The translations under genes were made by a program, and so were the position numbers. Positions 11,601-21,220 of a stretch of 64,000 nt of DNA are shown here, piece after piece; positions within the stretch are counted from its first letter, which is position 1, and every line of letters begins with the position of its first letter. The notes below the pieces were generated by a model. That model saw only the letters and a program-made list of their open reading frames with translations. It ran no database searches and was not told the DNA's origin. This DNA is from an uncultured Alphaproteobacteria bacterium. GTDB lineage: Bacteria; Pseudomonadota; Alphaproteobacteria; Rhizobiales; Xanthobacteraceae. The stretch is from positions 15,279-79,278 of the forward strand of contig CAWBIR010000003.1 in NCBI GenBank assembly GCA_963788885.1, read 5' to 3'.

Positions 11601-12207
11601 TCTCGATATCCGCGGCGCGGGCAACTTGCTCGGCGAGGAACAATCCGGCCATATCAAGGAAGTCGGCTTCGAGCTTTACCAGTCGATGCTGGAGGAGGCG
11701 ATCGTCAACCTCAAGGCCGGTGTGGTTGAGCCCGCGGCCGACCGATGGTCGCCGCAGATCACGATCGGGATGCCGGTGCTGATTCCCGAAGATTACGTCG
11801 CCGACCTCTCGGTTCGGCTGTCGCTGTACCGGCGGCTCGCCGATCTCGAAACCGACGATGAGATCGACAATTTTGCCGCCGAGTTGCGCGACCGCTTCGG
11901 CGTCTTGCCGGACGAAGTCCGCTATCTCTTCAAGGTCGCGGCCATCAAGAATTATTGCCGCAGGGCCAATGTCGAGAAGGTCGATGCCGGGCCAAAGGGC
12001 GCGGTGATCACCTTCCGCGACAACAAATTCGCCCAACCCGACCGGCTGGTGTTCTTCATCCGCCAGCACGGTCAGGCCGCGCGCGTGCGGCCCGACATGA
12101 AGGTGGTGTTCTTCCAGGAATGGAAAACGGCCGAAGAGCGGCTGTTGGGCACGACTGAAATCCTGCGCCAGCTCGCCAACCTCGCCGAGGACCGCAAGGC
12201 GGCATAA
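8689..12207 (+). CDS. mfd: Transcription-repair coupling factor
   Basis: 1172 aa; VVHVEHGIG (RID), CGDVGFGKT, DEEQHFG, QLYQLRGRVGR, TRCF C-terminus. Confidence 0.98.
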   Translation: MRQQGQSPALSLIPGRALTFANVAEGAEGLVISDLARAVAARPKAPAVSLAVVCRDGPRLQQLARALAFFAPDLSVLHFPAWDCQPYDRVSPHGGILSQRMTTLAQLSRLVGSEKPLIVLTTVNAIVQRLPALGLVAAQALSVAPGHVVPMDSIVAWLEHNGYSRSSTVREPGEYAVRGGILDLFPAGLDLPVRFDFFGDSLESIRSFDAETQRTLLDMRSLDLVPISEFQLTTETIRRFRMGYVAAFGAPERDDQLYEAVSEGRRHPGMEHWLPLFQDRMDTLFDYLGDAPIAIEPQSEDAARERFKQIADYYEARREALDHPGGGAIYKPLPPDRLYFTEDEWNKRLQEAALARLTPFAVPEGSADTVDAGARQGRSFAPERNDSTVNVFETVVGHVNALQSQRKKVVVALWSEGSRDRMESMLRDHKLLNLTSVNTWRMVQATPRNETMLAVVGMETGFETDQVAVITEQDILGDRLVRPRKASRKLDNFISEVTSLATGDIVVHVEHGIGRFVGLQTLQVGGAPHDCLELHYAADTKLFLPVENIELLSRYGSDSANVELDRLGGSGWQARKAKLKSRIREIAGELIKIAAERHLHEAPKLPVQPHVYDEFCARFPYEETEDQLTAINATLKDLELGRPMDRLICGDVGFGKTEVALRAAFATALDGKQVAVVVPTTLLARQHAKTFTDRFRGFPVNVAQASRLIAAKELTQVKKGLTDGSIDIVVGTHALLGKSIKFRDLGLLIVDEEQHFGVSHKERLKQLRAEVHVLTLSATPIPRTLQLALTGVRELSIIASPPVDRLAVRTFVAPHDPLMIREALLRERYRGGQAFYVVPRIEDLAGVKDFLDKNVPEMKVAVAHGQMPPTVIEDIMSAFYDGKYDILLSTTIIESGLDIPNANTLIVHRADMFGLAQLYQLRGRVGRSKLRAYALFTLPAQQKITAQAERRLKVLQSLETLGAGFQLASHDLDIRGAGNLLGEEQSGHIKEVGFELYQSMLEEAIVNLKAGVVEPAADRWSPQITIGMPVLIPEDYVADLSVRLSLYRRLADLETDDEIDNFAAELRDRFGVLPDEVRYLFKVAAIKNYCRRANVEKVDAGPKGAVITFRDNKFAQPDRLVFFIRQHGQAARVRPDMKVVFFQEWKTAEERLLGTTEILRQLANLAEDRKAA

Positions 12208-12257
12208 CGAAGCCGCCGGCACTGCTGCCGGCGGCCAGTCAAACCTGACGATTAGCT

Positions 12258-12653
12258 CTACTTCGGATATTTGAACTCCGGCGCATCCTTGAGCGCTTCC
12301 TTGGTGGTGTTCATCGACGCCAGCCATTTGTTGTTCTTGGCGTCGTAGCGCACGTTCACCGCAGAAGGTGGCACCGCGACGTAGTGTTCACCCATCCCGA
12401 GGAAGCCGCCGACTGACAGGATCAAGGCATCGACCTGGTGATTCTTGATCGCAAGGTCGGTGATCTCGCCGATCGTTTCATCCTTCTGATTGGTGATATT
12501 CAGGCCCTTCAGCTTCGAACTGAACATTTCGTCCTTCGACACCGTCGAGAACTTCGCTTCAGCCGGCGCGGTGCCGGTCGTCCTGGCGTCCTGGGCAAGT
12601 ACCGGGGTAGCCAGGATTGCGAGCGAAGCCGCAATCAACGCGAGTTTCTTCAT
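12258..12653 (-). CDS. Secreted PRC-barrel domain protein
   Basis: Signal peptide; SKLKGLNI.NQKDETIGEITD..ILSVGGFLGMGEHYVAVP; GGAGGA RBS. Confidence 0.85.
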   Translation of the reverse strand: MKKLALIAASLAILATPVLAQDARTTGTAPAEAKFSTVSKDEMFSSKLKGLNITNQKDETIGEITDLAIKNHQVDALILSVGGFLGMGEHYVAVPPSAVNVRYDAKNNKWLASMNTTKEALKDAPEFKYPK

Positions 12654-12728
12654 AAGTTCCTCCTCCATTGCATATGTGATGACAATGCGAGGTTGGAACG
12701 AACGTTCCTCGATTTAAATTCGGAACCT

Positions 12729-13964
12729 TTACGACGCCGCGCGGCGGCCTTCGTCGTTGAGGCGCGCGAGGAGCGACTGCACGGTATCCTGCGGCAACAG
12801 CGTTGCGACCGATACGGCCGGCTCGTTCCGCCGCGCGCCCTTGTTGTCGTAAGCGGTATGCCGCATGACGCTGAAAAGGCGGCGGGCGATCATATGCGCG
12901 GTCCGCAAGTCGGTCTCCGCGAACACAACAAGCGCCGATCCATCGTCCCGCAGCGTGCCGAAATCCATCTGCCGCAACAGCTTGCTGAGCAGCCGCGCGC
13001 CGTCGAGCCGTGCGCGCGCATTGGCCGGGTCGAAGGCAAAGCGCGCCAGCGACAGTCCGCCGCCATCGGCAAGCGTCTGGCGAACGGCGGTTGCGAGGTC
13101 GCGATCGAAAGCGGTGGCCGTCAGCAACCCCGTCGACGGATCGAGCAAGCCACCGGCATCGATCGACCGCAGCGTGCGGCTCAAATAGGCTTCGAACGCG
13201 TGCTGACGGATCAGGGGCAGGGCGTTAGCTGTAACATCAGCGGGATCACCTGACATGACCTCGAGATTCGGCAAGTCATAGGATGGCACCAGGCCCGCAA
13301 GCGTCGTCACGACGGGCAGATTGCGAAAGCGCGCATCTTCGCTGAGCACCGTGAGGAAGGCATCAGTCACGCGATCCGTAAAACCTTCGCCGAGCACGAT
13401 GCCGTCGATATCGCGGGTATTGAGATGTTTGGCGGCGGCCTCGATGCTCAGCGCGCCGACGACGCCCATGCGCTCGCCAAGCGCGACGGAAAGGGCGGGA
13501 TAGGCGCCACCGCGTCCAACCAGAAGCACCGTTGCATCGCGCACCGGATCGATCTCAGCGAGCGCTGCTTCCGTTACTCGATCATTCTGCCGGCGCAGGA
13601 CCGTGGTGTGGAGGGTTCTGACCCGGAGCGCCGCTCGCAGACGTGGCAACAGGCGATCCCAACTGCCATGTCCTTTCGAAAACGGGATGGCATTTTCGGG
13701 CAAATTACTTTTCGGCTCGATCACGAGCAGCGGAAGATAAGGTTTGATGTCGGCGATTTGTCTGGCGAGTGCCTCGAGTTCGGCGCCCGCGCTTTGCTTT
13801 GCCGCGGCAAGAACGATCGCCGGATGGAGTTGCGCGACCGCGCGCGAAGCCTCGGCCCAGGTCGTCTCGATCACCGGAAACGTCGCATTCTCGCCAAGCG
13901 CCGCCATGAATGCGGGCTGCTTGTCGTCGGACACGACGATGATCGGACCTTGTTGCTGGGACAT
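12729..13964 (-). CDS. PleD-like protein with degenerate receiver and GGDEF-like domains
   Basis: LDPSTGLL entry motif of GGDEF fold, but no GG(D/E)EF (reads DFGTLRDDGS). Confidence 0.6.
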   Translation of the reverse strand: MSQQQGPIIVVSDDKQPAFMAALGENATFPVIETTWAEASRAVAQLHPAIVLAAAKQSAGAELEALARQIADIKPYLPLLVIEPKSNLPENAIPFSKGHGSWDRLLPRLRAALRVRTLHTTVLRRQNDRVTEAALAEIDPVRDATVLLVGRGGAYPALSVALGERMGVVGALSIEAAAKHLNTRDIDGIVLGEGFTDRVTDAFLTVLSEDARFRNLPVVTTLAGLVPSYDLPNLEVMSGDPADVTANALPLIRQHAFEAYLSRTLRSIDAGGLLDPSTGLLTATAFDRDLATAVRQTLADGGGLSLARFAFDPANARARLDGARLLSKLLRQMDFGTLRDDGSALVVFAETDLRTAHMIARRLFSVMRHTAYDNKGARRNEPAVSVATLLPQDTVQSLLARLNDEGRRAAS

Positions 13965-14017
13965 CCCTGGAATTCGGATCACACGCTTTTGCTCGGCGCG
14001 ATCCTAGTTTGGCGGTC

Positions 14018-14033
14018 TTAATGCCCTGTCAAC
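14018..14033. promoter_or_regulatory. Possible CtrA-like box upstream of the PleD-like gene
   Basis: TTAA-TGCCCTG-TCAAC, one mismatch to TTAA-N7-TTAAC. Confidence 0.3.
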
Positions 14034-14053
14034 AAAGGCAGCAGGTTAACTTA

Positions 14054-15553
14054 TCAGCCAACGATGGTGCGATCGCGAAAAGCTTCTGCCATCAGGGGGT
14101 TAAGCCCGAGTTGGGTCAATGCCTCGCGGCCGCGCGCATTGTCCTGGGCGCGTCCGGCCAGACGGAATCCGCAGAGACGATCGGGCAGGGCCGTCAGAAG
14201 CGCGCCCTGTCCGAGCCGTTTGGCCCATTCCTGAAGATCCTGCGACAGGAAACGGTAGCCGCCAACCGAGACAATACCGGACGGAGGCGATGTGATGCAG
14301 ATCGCGCCGGAGGAGCGATCGATGCGAGCGGAATAGCCTGTGTCGGCATAATCGGGAGGCGCGGGCTGCGTGATAAGTGAATCGGTCGGCGGAGGCGCAT
14401 AGGCCGCCACGGTCACCATCGGGCCTCGCAAGGCGAGCGTCCCCTTGGGCGTCAATACCGTCTCGCCGGCAATCGAGGTGCCGGGGATATCGCGCGGAGC
14501 GCCATGTGGTCCCGGCATGATCGGAACCGGTACGCCATCGCCGCTCCGCCTTGCCCCGAACAAACCGACCTCGCCGAATAGATAGACGTCGGTAAACCTC
14601 GCCTGCTCAGCCGTCCATTGTGCGCTGGAAGCGACCTGTTCCGGCATGCGCCACAGACCGATCACATGGCGCAACGCCGGCAGACGCGAGCCTATATCGG
14701 CATCGGTGAGTCGCAGTGCCATGGCGGCCGGCGCCACCAGCGTGTCGCAGGCGCAATCGTTGATCTGTCGCTCCAGTACTTCGCCGTCATAGGGATGATG
14801 TAAGGCGAGCGTCCCGCCGGACAGCAGCCAGAGCAGAAGCGATGACGTGATCCCTGCGAAGGAGGTTGGCGCGAATGCGGACATCAGCCGCGCACCCTGC
14901 GGTATGCGGCTTTCCAGAAAGATGGCGAGGCCGCCGGCAATCAGGTTGAGATGGGTTCGCGGCACGGCGCGCAGACCGTCGGAGGTCACATCGAAGGTGA
15001 TCAACGCCGCCTTGCGTCCGTCTTGAACCACCGGACGCTCGGTCAGCGAGTCGTTCTTCAAGGCGAGGTCGAGCGAGGCCATGCCTTCGGGCAAATCCTC
15101 ACCAAAGCCGCAGACATGGCGGATCGAAAACGCCTCCGCCGCCGCGTTCATGGCGAGATCGGCGTGGCTGACGCCATCGATCTTTGACGACGTCACGATC
15201 GCCCGCGCACTGGTGCGGTTGAGGGCTGCGGTCAGTTCCGCCTGCCGCCAGAGCTGCGGCAACAGCGCCACGATCAAGCCGGCGCGGTGAGCGGCAAGCA
15301 CCGTCAGCGCGAATTCAATCGTGTTCGGCAATTGCACGCCGATCACCGAATTGACCGGCAGGCCGGCGTCGACGAAATGGGCCGCCAGTGCCGAGATGGC
15401 CCGATTGGCCTGGGCAAAGGTCATTCGCCGCGGCGCCTGGCCGGTGATGCGGGCCTTGTTGAGCGGATCAAGCAACGCCGGCGCGTCAGGCTGACGCGCC
15501 AAGATTCTCTGGAACAATCCGTCGAGCGTTGGCGATACGTTGGTCTGAATCAC
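14054..15553 (-). CDS. Class I adenylate-forming (AMP-binding) family protein, degenerate
   Basis: ANL-like N-terminus (MTFAQ..., VQLPN.IEF, ADTG), but P-loop reads FDVTSDGLRAVPR instead of TSGTTGxPK. Confidence 0.7.
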   Translation of the reverse strand: MIQTNVSPTLDGLFQRILARQPDAPALLDPLNKARITGQAPRRMTFAQANRAISALAAHFVDAGLPVNSVIGVQLPNTIEFALTVLAAHRAGLIVALLPQLWRQAELTAALNRTSARAIVTSSKIDGVSHADLAMNAAAEAFSIRHVCGFGEDLPEGMASLDLALKNDSLTERPVVQDGRKAALITFDVTSDGLRAVPRTHLNLIAGGLAIFLESRIPQGARLMSAFAPTSFAGITSSLLLWLLSGGTLALHHPYDGEVLERQINDCACDTLVAPAAMALRLTDADIGSRLPALRHVIGLWRMPEQVASSAQWTAEQARFTDVYLFGEVGLFGARRSGDGVPVPIMPGPHGAPRDIPGTSIAGETVLTPKGTLALRGPMVTVAAYAPPPTDSLITQPAPPDYADTGYSARIDRSSGAICITSPPSGIVSVGGYRFLSQDLQEWAKRLGQGALLTALPDRLCGFRLAGRAQDNARGREALTQLGLNPLMAEAFRDRTIVG

Positions 15554-15589
15554 GGAGGTCTGTTTGGGTGCGAATCGGTTTAGACCAGC

Positions 15590-17449
15590 CTACTTCGATT
15601 GCTGCGGCCGATACCACCAGGTTTCCGGGAGGTAGCCCGTCAAAGCTGTGGTCTCCGGACGCTCTATCCGATTCCACCGCGCGATCCATTGCTCGCGGAC
15701 ATTGAAGACCGGAATGGCGTAAAAGCCCGAGATCAGGACCCGGTCGAGCGCGCGCACCGCCGAGACGAAAACGCCGCGATCCCGCGCCGCCAGCATATTG
15801 TTGATCATGGCGTCGACCGCCGGATCCTTGGCGCCCATGTAGTTTCGCGTGCCCGGGTTGTCAGCGGCCTCGCTGCCCCAATAGAAGAACTGCTCGTTGC
15901 CCGGCGACAGCGACTGATCCCAGCGGTTCTGGACCATGTCGAACTCATAGCTGAGACGACGCTGGTCGAACTGTACGGCGTCAACCGCGCGGACCTTTGC
16001 CTCGATCCCGGCGCGCTTGAGATCGCGCTGAAAAGCCAGCGCGATGCGTTCCTGGTCGCGTGTGTTCACGAGAATTTCGAAGGTCAGCGGCGTCCGGGTG
16101 GCGCGCTGCCGAAGCACCGTGCCATCGAGTTCGTAACCGGCCTGCGACAGCAGATTCAGCGCCTCGCGCAACGCCGTGCGATCACGGCCCGAACCGTCGG
16201 AGACAGGCAGACGGTAGGTGCCGTCGAGGATGTCGGCCGGAATTTGCGAGGCGAATGGTTTCAGGAATTCAAGTTCGTGGTCATCGGCGACGTGGCCATA
16301 GGCCGAAAGCTCGGAACCCGCGAAGAAACCCGGCACGCGGCCATAAAGCCCGAAGAAGTAATTCCGATTGATCCATTCGAAGTCGAACAGAAGGGTGAGC
16401 GCCTGACGGACGCGAATATCCGCAAAGACGGGCCGCCGCGTGTTGAAGATGAGAAATTCGGAAGGCTGGGGCATCCCCGTCTTGATGGTGTCGCGAATTA
16501 CCTCTCCGTTGCGCGCGGCCGGAAAGTCATATCCGTCGTGCCAGCGTAATGGCTCCCTCTCGACCCGAAAATCATACAGGCTTCGTTTGAAGGCCTCGAA
16601 ATAGCCGTTGGCCTCGCGAAAGAAATCGAGCCTTATCTCGTCGAAATTCCACAAGCCGCGATTGATCGGCAGATCACGTCCCCAATAATCGGGGTTGCGG
16701 GTCAGGGTGACGCTCACGCCCGGTTTCACCGCGCTCACGCGATAGGGTCCCGAGCCGAGCGGCGCCGTCATCGAGGTTTCCTCGAAGGTTGCCGCATTGA
16801 CGGCATGGCGGGGCAGGATCGGCATCAGCCCGAGGATCAGCGGTAGTTCGCGGTCCTGCGTCCCGCCAAAATCGAAACGCACCGTGAGCGGGTCCGGCGC
16901 TTCTGCCTTGGCGACTTTGGAATAGTAGCTCCGGTAATTGGGACGCCCCTTGTCGCGCAGCAAAGCCCAGGAGAACAGCACGTCCTCGGCAGTGACCGGC
17001 TTGCCGTCGGAAAAACGCGCCTGCGGATCGAGGCGAAAGGTGACGTAGCTTCTGGCGTCGTCTGTCTCGACGCTCCGGGCAAGCAGCCCGTAGAGCGTGA
17101 AGGCTTCGTCGTAGCCTCGCGCCATCAGGCTTTCGACCACAAAACCCCTGACCTGCGGGATGGCCAGTCCCTTCACGATGAGGGGGTTGAGACTATCGAA
17201 AGTACCGACCAGGCCCTGCACCAGCCTTCCGCCCTTTGGCGCATCGGGATGGACGTAGGGCATGTGGGTGAAGTTTGCCGGCAGCGCGGGCGTACCGTGC
17301 ATGGCAATGGCATAGCTTTCGGCGGCAATGGCCCGGTCGCCGATCAGACCCGCGACGCCGAAACCCGCAAGGCCGCACAGCGCGGCTGTGATGCACCGAT
17401 GCGCCGAAATCCACCCTTTGGCGCGTCGATTTGATTGGGGCTCGCTCAC
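15590..17449 (-). CDS. ABC transporter family-5 extracellular solute-binding protein (YejA-like)
   Basis: YAIAMHG, PDAPKGG, GTFDSLNP, PLGSGPY, WNFDEI; start uncertain (GTG 17449 chosen for upstream AGGA). Confidence 0.85.
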   Translation of the reverse strand: MSEPQSNRRAKGWISAHRCITAALCGLAGFGVAGLIGDRAIAAESYAIAMHGTPALPANFTHMPYVHPDAPKGGRLVQGLVGTFDSLNPLIVKGLAIPQVRGFVVESLMARGYDEAFTLYGLLARSVETDDARSYVTFRLDPQARFSDGKPVTAEDVLFSWALLRDKGRPNYRSYYSKVAKAEAPDPLTVRFDFGGTQDRELPLILGLMPILPRHAVNAATFEETSMTAPLGSGPYRVSAVKPGVSVTLTRNPDYWGRDLPINRGLWNFDEIRLDFFREANGYFEAFKRSLYDFRVEREPLRWHDGYDFPAARNGEVIRDTIKTGMPQPSEFLIFNTRRPVFADIRVRQALTLLFDFEWINRNYFFGLYGRVPGFFAGSELSAYGHVADDHELEFLKPFASQIPADILDGTYRLPVSDGSGRDRTALREALNLLSQAGYELDGTVLRQRATRTPLTFEILVNTRDQERIALAFQRDLKRAGIEAKVRAVDAVQFDQRRLSYEFDMVQNRWDQSLSPGNEQFFYWGSEAADNPGTRNYMGAKDPAVDAMINNMLAARDRGVFVSAVRALDRVLISGFYAIPVFNVREQWIARWNRIERPETTALTGYLPETWWYRPQQSK

Positions 17450-17671
17450 ACTTTCCTGTACCACAGCCGCCTGGTTCTTACCGTGATGTGCCTTCAGGCG
17501 ACCTCGGCATTGATCTTTTCGTCGGCCTCTGTATGAAAGCGTCCAATTGACCAATCGGGCAGGGGCTTGTCACGCATCCGCCTCAATTGGCAAGGAGACA
17601 GCCGCCAAAATGGCCGGGTTTCGGTGCCTGCAGCGGCTTTCGGCGCTTCCGTTCAGAAAGGGTTTTCCGCA

Positions 17672-18490
17672 ATGAATTTCCGTATGTTGGCCGCGCCAGC
17701 CTGGCCGCGTGGGCGCGTTTTCGCCTTGACGGCGATCGCAGCCCTGGGAGCCACGTTCCTTGCGACCGATGTCTGGGCCCAGGCGCCAGCACCGGCCCCG
17801 GCGGCGCCCGCTGCCCCCAAGGCCGCGCCGAAGGCCCCCGCCGCTCCCAAGGCTGCCCAGAAAGCCCCAGCGCCTGCTCCGACCCCACAGGGCGCCCCGC
17901 CAGCCGCCCCGGCCCAGGCTGCTGCCCCGCCGGCGGAGCAGCAGGTACAACTGATTTACGCGCCCTGGACCAAATTCTGTCTCAAGGGCCAGGACGCCGG
18001 CGCCAAGCAGGTTTGCTTCACCGGTAAGGATGGCCGGATTGAGTCGGGCCAGCCGGTCGTCGCGGCCGTCGTGATCGAGCCGGAAGGCGAACCGAAGAAG
18101 ATTCTGCGCGTCACGCTGCCGCTCGGCATGCTGCTCGTTCACGGCACCCGCATTATCGTCGACAGCAACGCGCCGGCGCAGAGCCCTTACGTGATCTGCT
18201 TCCAGAACGGCTGCATGTCCGACTACGAAGTGACCCCCGATCTGCTCAACACGATGAAGAAGGGGCAGAACCTCGTCGTTCAGGCGATCAGCTCGAACGG
18301 CCAGCCGGTGACGCTCGCGCTGCCGCTGTCTGATTTCGCCAAAGCCTATGACGGTCCTCCGACCGATCCGAAGGTGTTCGAGGAGAACCAGAAGAAGCTG
18401 CAAGAAGAATTGCAGAAGCGCGCCGAGGAAGCTCGCAAGAAGCTGGAGGCCGGTGGTCAGGCCGGAGCGGCCAATCCGGCAGCGAAGTAA
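17672..18490 (+). CDS. Invasion-associated locus B (IalB) family protein
   Basis: Signal peptide, Pro/Ala linker, PWTKFC...LRVTLPLG...CFQNGC...LSDFAKAYDG. Confidence 0.85.
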   Translation: MNFRMLAAPAWPRGRVFALTAIAALGATFLATDVWAQAPAPAPAAPAAPKAAPKAPAAPKAAQKAPAPAPTPQGAPPAAPAQAAAPPAEQQVQLIYAPWTKFCLKGQDAGAKQVCFTGKDGRIESGQPVVAAVVIEPEGEPKKILRVTLPLGMLLVHGTRIIVDSNAPAQSPYVICFQNGCMSDYEVTPDLLNTMKKGQNLVVQAISSNGQPVTLALPLSDFAKAYDGPPTDPKVFEENQKKLQEELQKRAEEARKKLEAGGQAGAANPAAK

Positions 18491-18510
18491 GCTTCTTTCA
18501 CATCATGAAC

Positions 18511-18540
18511 AAAAAGGCGCTCCGATGGAGCGCCTTTTTT
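18511..18540. terminator. Bidirectional intrinsic terminator
   Basis: AAAAAGGCGCTCC-GAT-GGAGCGCCTTTTTT between convergent genes. Confidence 0.85.
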
Positions 18541-18565
18541 CATTCTGCCGTTGTCCGACAGACAA

Positions 18566-18898
18566 CTAATTGAGCGATGGATTGCGCGGGCGGTAGCCGC
18601 CGGATTTGTCCTTCACGAAAATCTCGGCAACCTGCGAATGACGAATCGGCTGACCGGAATCGTCGGGCAGAAGATTCTGTTCCGAAACATAGGCCACGTA
18701 TTCGGATTCCGAATTTTCCGCGAGCAAATGATAGAACGGCTGATCCTTGTGAGGGCGGACCTCTTCAGGAATCGACAGCCACCATTCTTCGGTATTGTTG
18801 AATTCCGGATCGATATCGAAAATCACGCCACGGAACGAAAAGATCCGGTGGCGGACGATCTGCCCGATCTGGAACTTGGCGGTACGCGTTTTGATCAT
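18566..18898 (-). CDS. hspQ: Heat shock protein HspQ (YccV-like)
   Basis: KFQIGQIVRH..FRGVIFDIDP, KDQPFYHLLAEN, YVAYVSEQNL. Confidence 0.92.
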   Translation of the reverse strand: MIKTRTAKFQIGQIVRHRIFSFRGVIFDIDPEFNNTEEWWLSIPEEVRPHKDQPFYHLLAENSESEYVAYVSEQNLLPDDSGQPIRHSQVAEIFVKDKSGGYRPRNPSLN

Positions 18899-19021
18899 AC
18901 CTCGTCGATAGACCAGGATTGAGACCGATGCTAGAGGCTAACGCGCGAATTAACGTTAGCCACTGATCCCACGCATACCGGAAAAATCGGGGCCAACAAT
19001 AACAAAAAGACCCCTGACGGC

Positions 19022-19975
19022 ATGGCCGACGTTCTCAATCTTGCGCTTCCTTATTTCAGCCTGATCTTCATCGGCTTCGCCTGCGGCAGGCTCCGCCAGC
19101 TGCCGGAGCAGGGGCTGGCGTGGATGAATTTCTTCTTGCTGTACGTTTCTCTCCCCGCGCTGCTGTTTGGGATCACTTCGAGGACGCCTTTTGAAGAGCT
19201 CAACAATCCACCATTTCTGATCGCCACCACCTGTGGAACAGCGCTCGCATTCTTTCTCGCCATGGGCGCGGGGCGGCTGGTCGGAAAGCTCTCGTTCCGA
19301 GATGCGACGCTGGCCGGGTTAGCCGGCGGCTACGGCAATATCGGCTATATGGGGCCGGGTTTGGCGTTAGCGGTTCTGGGCGCCAAGGCTTCCGCGCCGA
19401 CGGCGCTGATTTTCTGTTGCGACAGCATCTTCCTGTTCTCGGTGGTGCCGCTGCTGATCGCGCTGACCGACCACAGCGACCATCATTGGCTGCATGCGCT
19501 TGGTCTTCTGGTCAAACAGATTGCGCTCAACCCGCTGATCATGTCGGCCTGCGCGGGCGCACTCGCGGCCGCATTTCATTTTCATCCGCCGATCGCAATC
19601 GACAACACGCTGTCATTCTTGCAAAACGCCGCAGCCCCAATGGCGCTGTTCGTGCTGGGCGTGACCGTCGCGCTTCGCCCGCTGGGCCGGATACCCTGGG
19701 AAGTGCCCGCGGTGGTTGCGGTGAAACTTCTGATTCATCCGCTGATCGTATTTGCGTTGATGCTGTTGCTCGGCCCATTCCCGAATTCATGGGCGCCCAC
19801 AGCCGTGTTGATGGCGTCGCTGCCGCCGGCACTCAACGTATTTGTGATTGCGCGGCAGAACAATGCCTGGATCGAACCGGCTTCGGTCGCCGTGATGATC
19901 GGAACCTTCGCCTCCGTCGTCACACTGACGGCTGCGATGTGGATCATTCAGACCGGGCGACTCGCGTTTCCGTAA
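19022..19975 (+). CDS. AEC family (auxin efflux carrier) transporter
   Basis: About 10 TM; LPALLF, GNIGYMG, NPLI, APMALFVLG, VKLLIHP. Confidence 0.88.
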   Translation: MADVLNLALPYFSLIFIGFACGRLRQLPEQGLAWMNFFLLYVSLPALLFGITSRTPFEELNNPPFLIATTCGTALAFFLAMGAGRLVGKLSFRDATLAGLAGGYGNIGYMGPGLALAVLGAKASAPTALIFCCDSIFLFSVVPLLIALTDHSDHHWLHALGLLVKQIALNPLIMSACAGALAAAFHFHPPIAIDNTLSFLQNAAAPMALFVLGVTVALRPLGRIPWEVPAVVAVKLLIHPLIVFALMLLLGPFPNSWAPTAVLMASLPPALNVFVIARQNNAWIEPASVAVMIGTFASVVTLTAAMWIIQTGRLAFP

Positions 19976-21176
19976 CGGATTGGCCGGCGTGTGGCGTGCG
20001 CCAGGACGGCGCCAATCCCTCGCGCATGGCCAAACGTCGAAGCGGGCCAAATGAGCCGATCAGGTGCAAGCCGGCTGCGCGAAGCGATTGCATCGGCAGG
20101 AATGCGCTTAACAGCGAGCGGTTCGCCATGTCGACAACGAACGTGCGACTCGCGACGTCGGGACGCCGTGCTGCGGCATAACGGCTGAGCACCGCCGGCG
20201 ACCCGGGATCGTCGCCCGCAGCCAAGGCGTCGCGCACGATTTCGGCGATATCGGCGGCATCGCGCAGTCCCATATTGAGGCCTTGCGCGCCGATCGGCGG
20301 CAATACATGCGCGGCCTCGCCGACGAGCGCGATCCGCGCCTTGGCAAACTTGGCGGGGTATTCGATCGTGAGTGAGAACCTGCTGCGACCAGGTTCGACC
20401 CGCATCTTACCCAGAATCGAGTGCGCGCGCGCTTCAGCGGCGCTCGACAACTCCTCGTCGCTGAGCGCCAGCAGCCGATCGGCTTCTTTCGGCTCCGATA
20501 CCCACACCATGCTGGAGCGGTTACCGGGCAGCGGCACAAAAACACAGGGCCCCCGAGGCGTGTGAAATTCGGTCGAAATATTGTGGTGCGGGCGCGAGTG
20601 ACCGATATTGAAAGTCAGTGCTGCCTGATGAAGCTCGCGGCGTCTGACGGCAATGCCGGCGGCTTCGCGGCACAGCGAATGCCTGCCATCGGCGCCGACC
20701 ACAAGCCGTGCCGATATCGATCCACCGCCAGCGAGCTCAATCGCGACGACCTCGTCGCCGGGATTGACGGCAGCAGCTTCGTCGTCGAGCCGCGTGAGAT
20801 TTGCTGATGTAGCAGTGCGCTCTTCCAACGCCGACACCAGAACGCGGTTCTCGATATTGTATCCGAATACGTCGAGGCCGATTTCGTCGCAGGAGAACTT
20901 GACCTCGGGAGCCCGGATCAACCGGCCGGTGTCGTCGACCAGCCGCATCGTCTTGAGTTCGACCGCCCTGTCCTTGCAAGACGGCCACACATCCAGTGCC
21001 TGCAAAAAATCGATCGAGGCGCCGAGAAGCGCCGTCGTTCGATTGTCAGCATAGAGCGAGCGCCGGGCAATCAGTGCGGTACGCGCACCGGATTGCGCGA
21101 TTGCGATCGCCGCAGACAAGCCCGCCGGTCCGGCACCGACCACCGCAACGTCATAGATCGAGGAATTCTCGCTCAT
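19944..21176 (-). CDS. UbiH/UbiF-family FAD-dependent hydroxylase
   Basis: DVAVVGAGPAG, LVVGADG..S, GEAAHVLPPIGAQGLNMGLRD. Confidence 0.9.
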   Translation of the reverse strand: MSENSSIYDVAVVGAGPAGLSAAIAIAQSGARTALIARRSLYADNRTTALLGASIDFLQALDVWPSCKDRAVELKTMRLVDDTGRLIRAPEVKFSCDEIGLDVFGYNIENRVLVSALEERTATSANLTRLDDEAAAVNPGDEVVAIELAGGGSISARLVVGADGRHSLCREAAGIAVRRRELHQAALTFNIGHSRPHHNISTEFHTPRGPCVFVPLPGNRSSMVWVSEPKEADRLLALSDEELSSAAEARAHSILGKMRVEPGRSRFSLTIEYPAKFAKARIALVGEAAHVLPPIGAQGLNMGLRDAADIAEIVRDALAAGDDPGSPAVLSRYAAARRPDVASRTFVVDMANRSLLSAFLPMQSLRAAGLHLIGSFGPLRRLAMREGLAPSWRTPHAGQSVTETRVARSE

Positions 21177-21220
21177 ACCCACGACATTTGACATTCCCTG
21201 CGGCATTTTCAAGCCCGTGC

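Noticed and set aside
19944-19975. 32-bp convergent overlap of the AEC transporter and ubiH-like gene
   Set aside because: Short 3' overlaps are common; no sign of function
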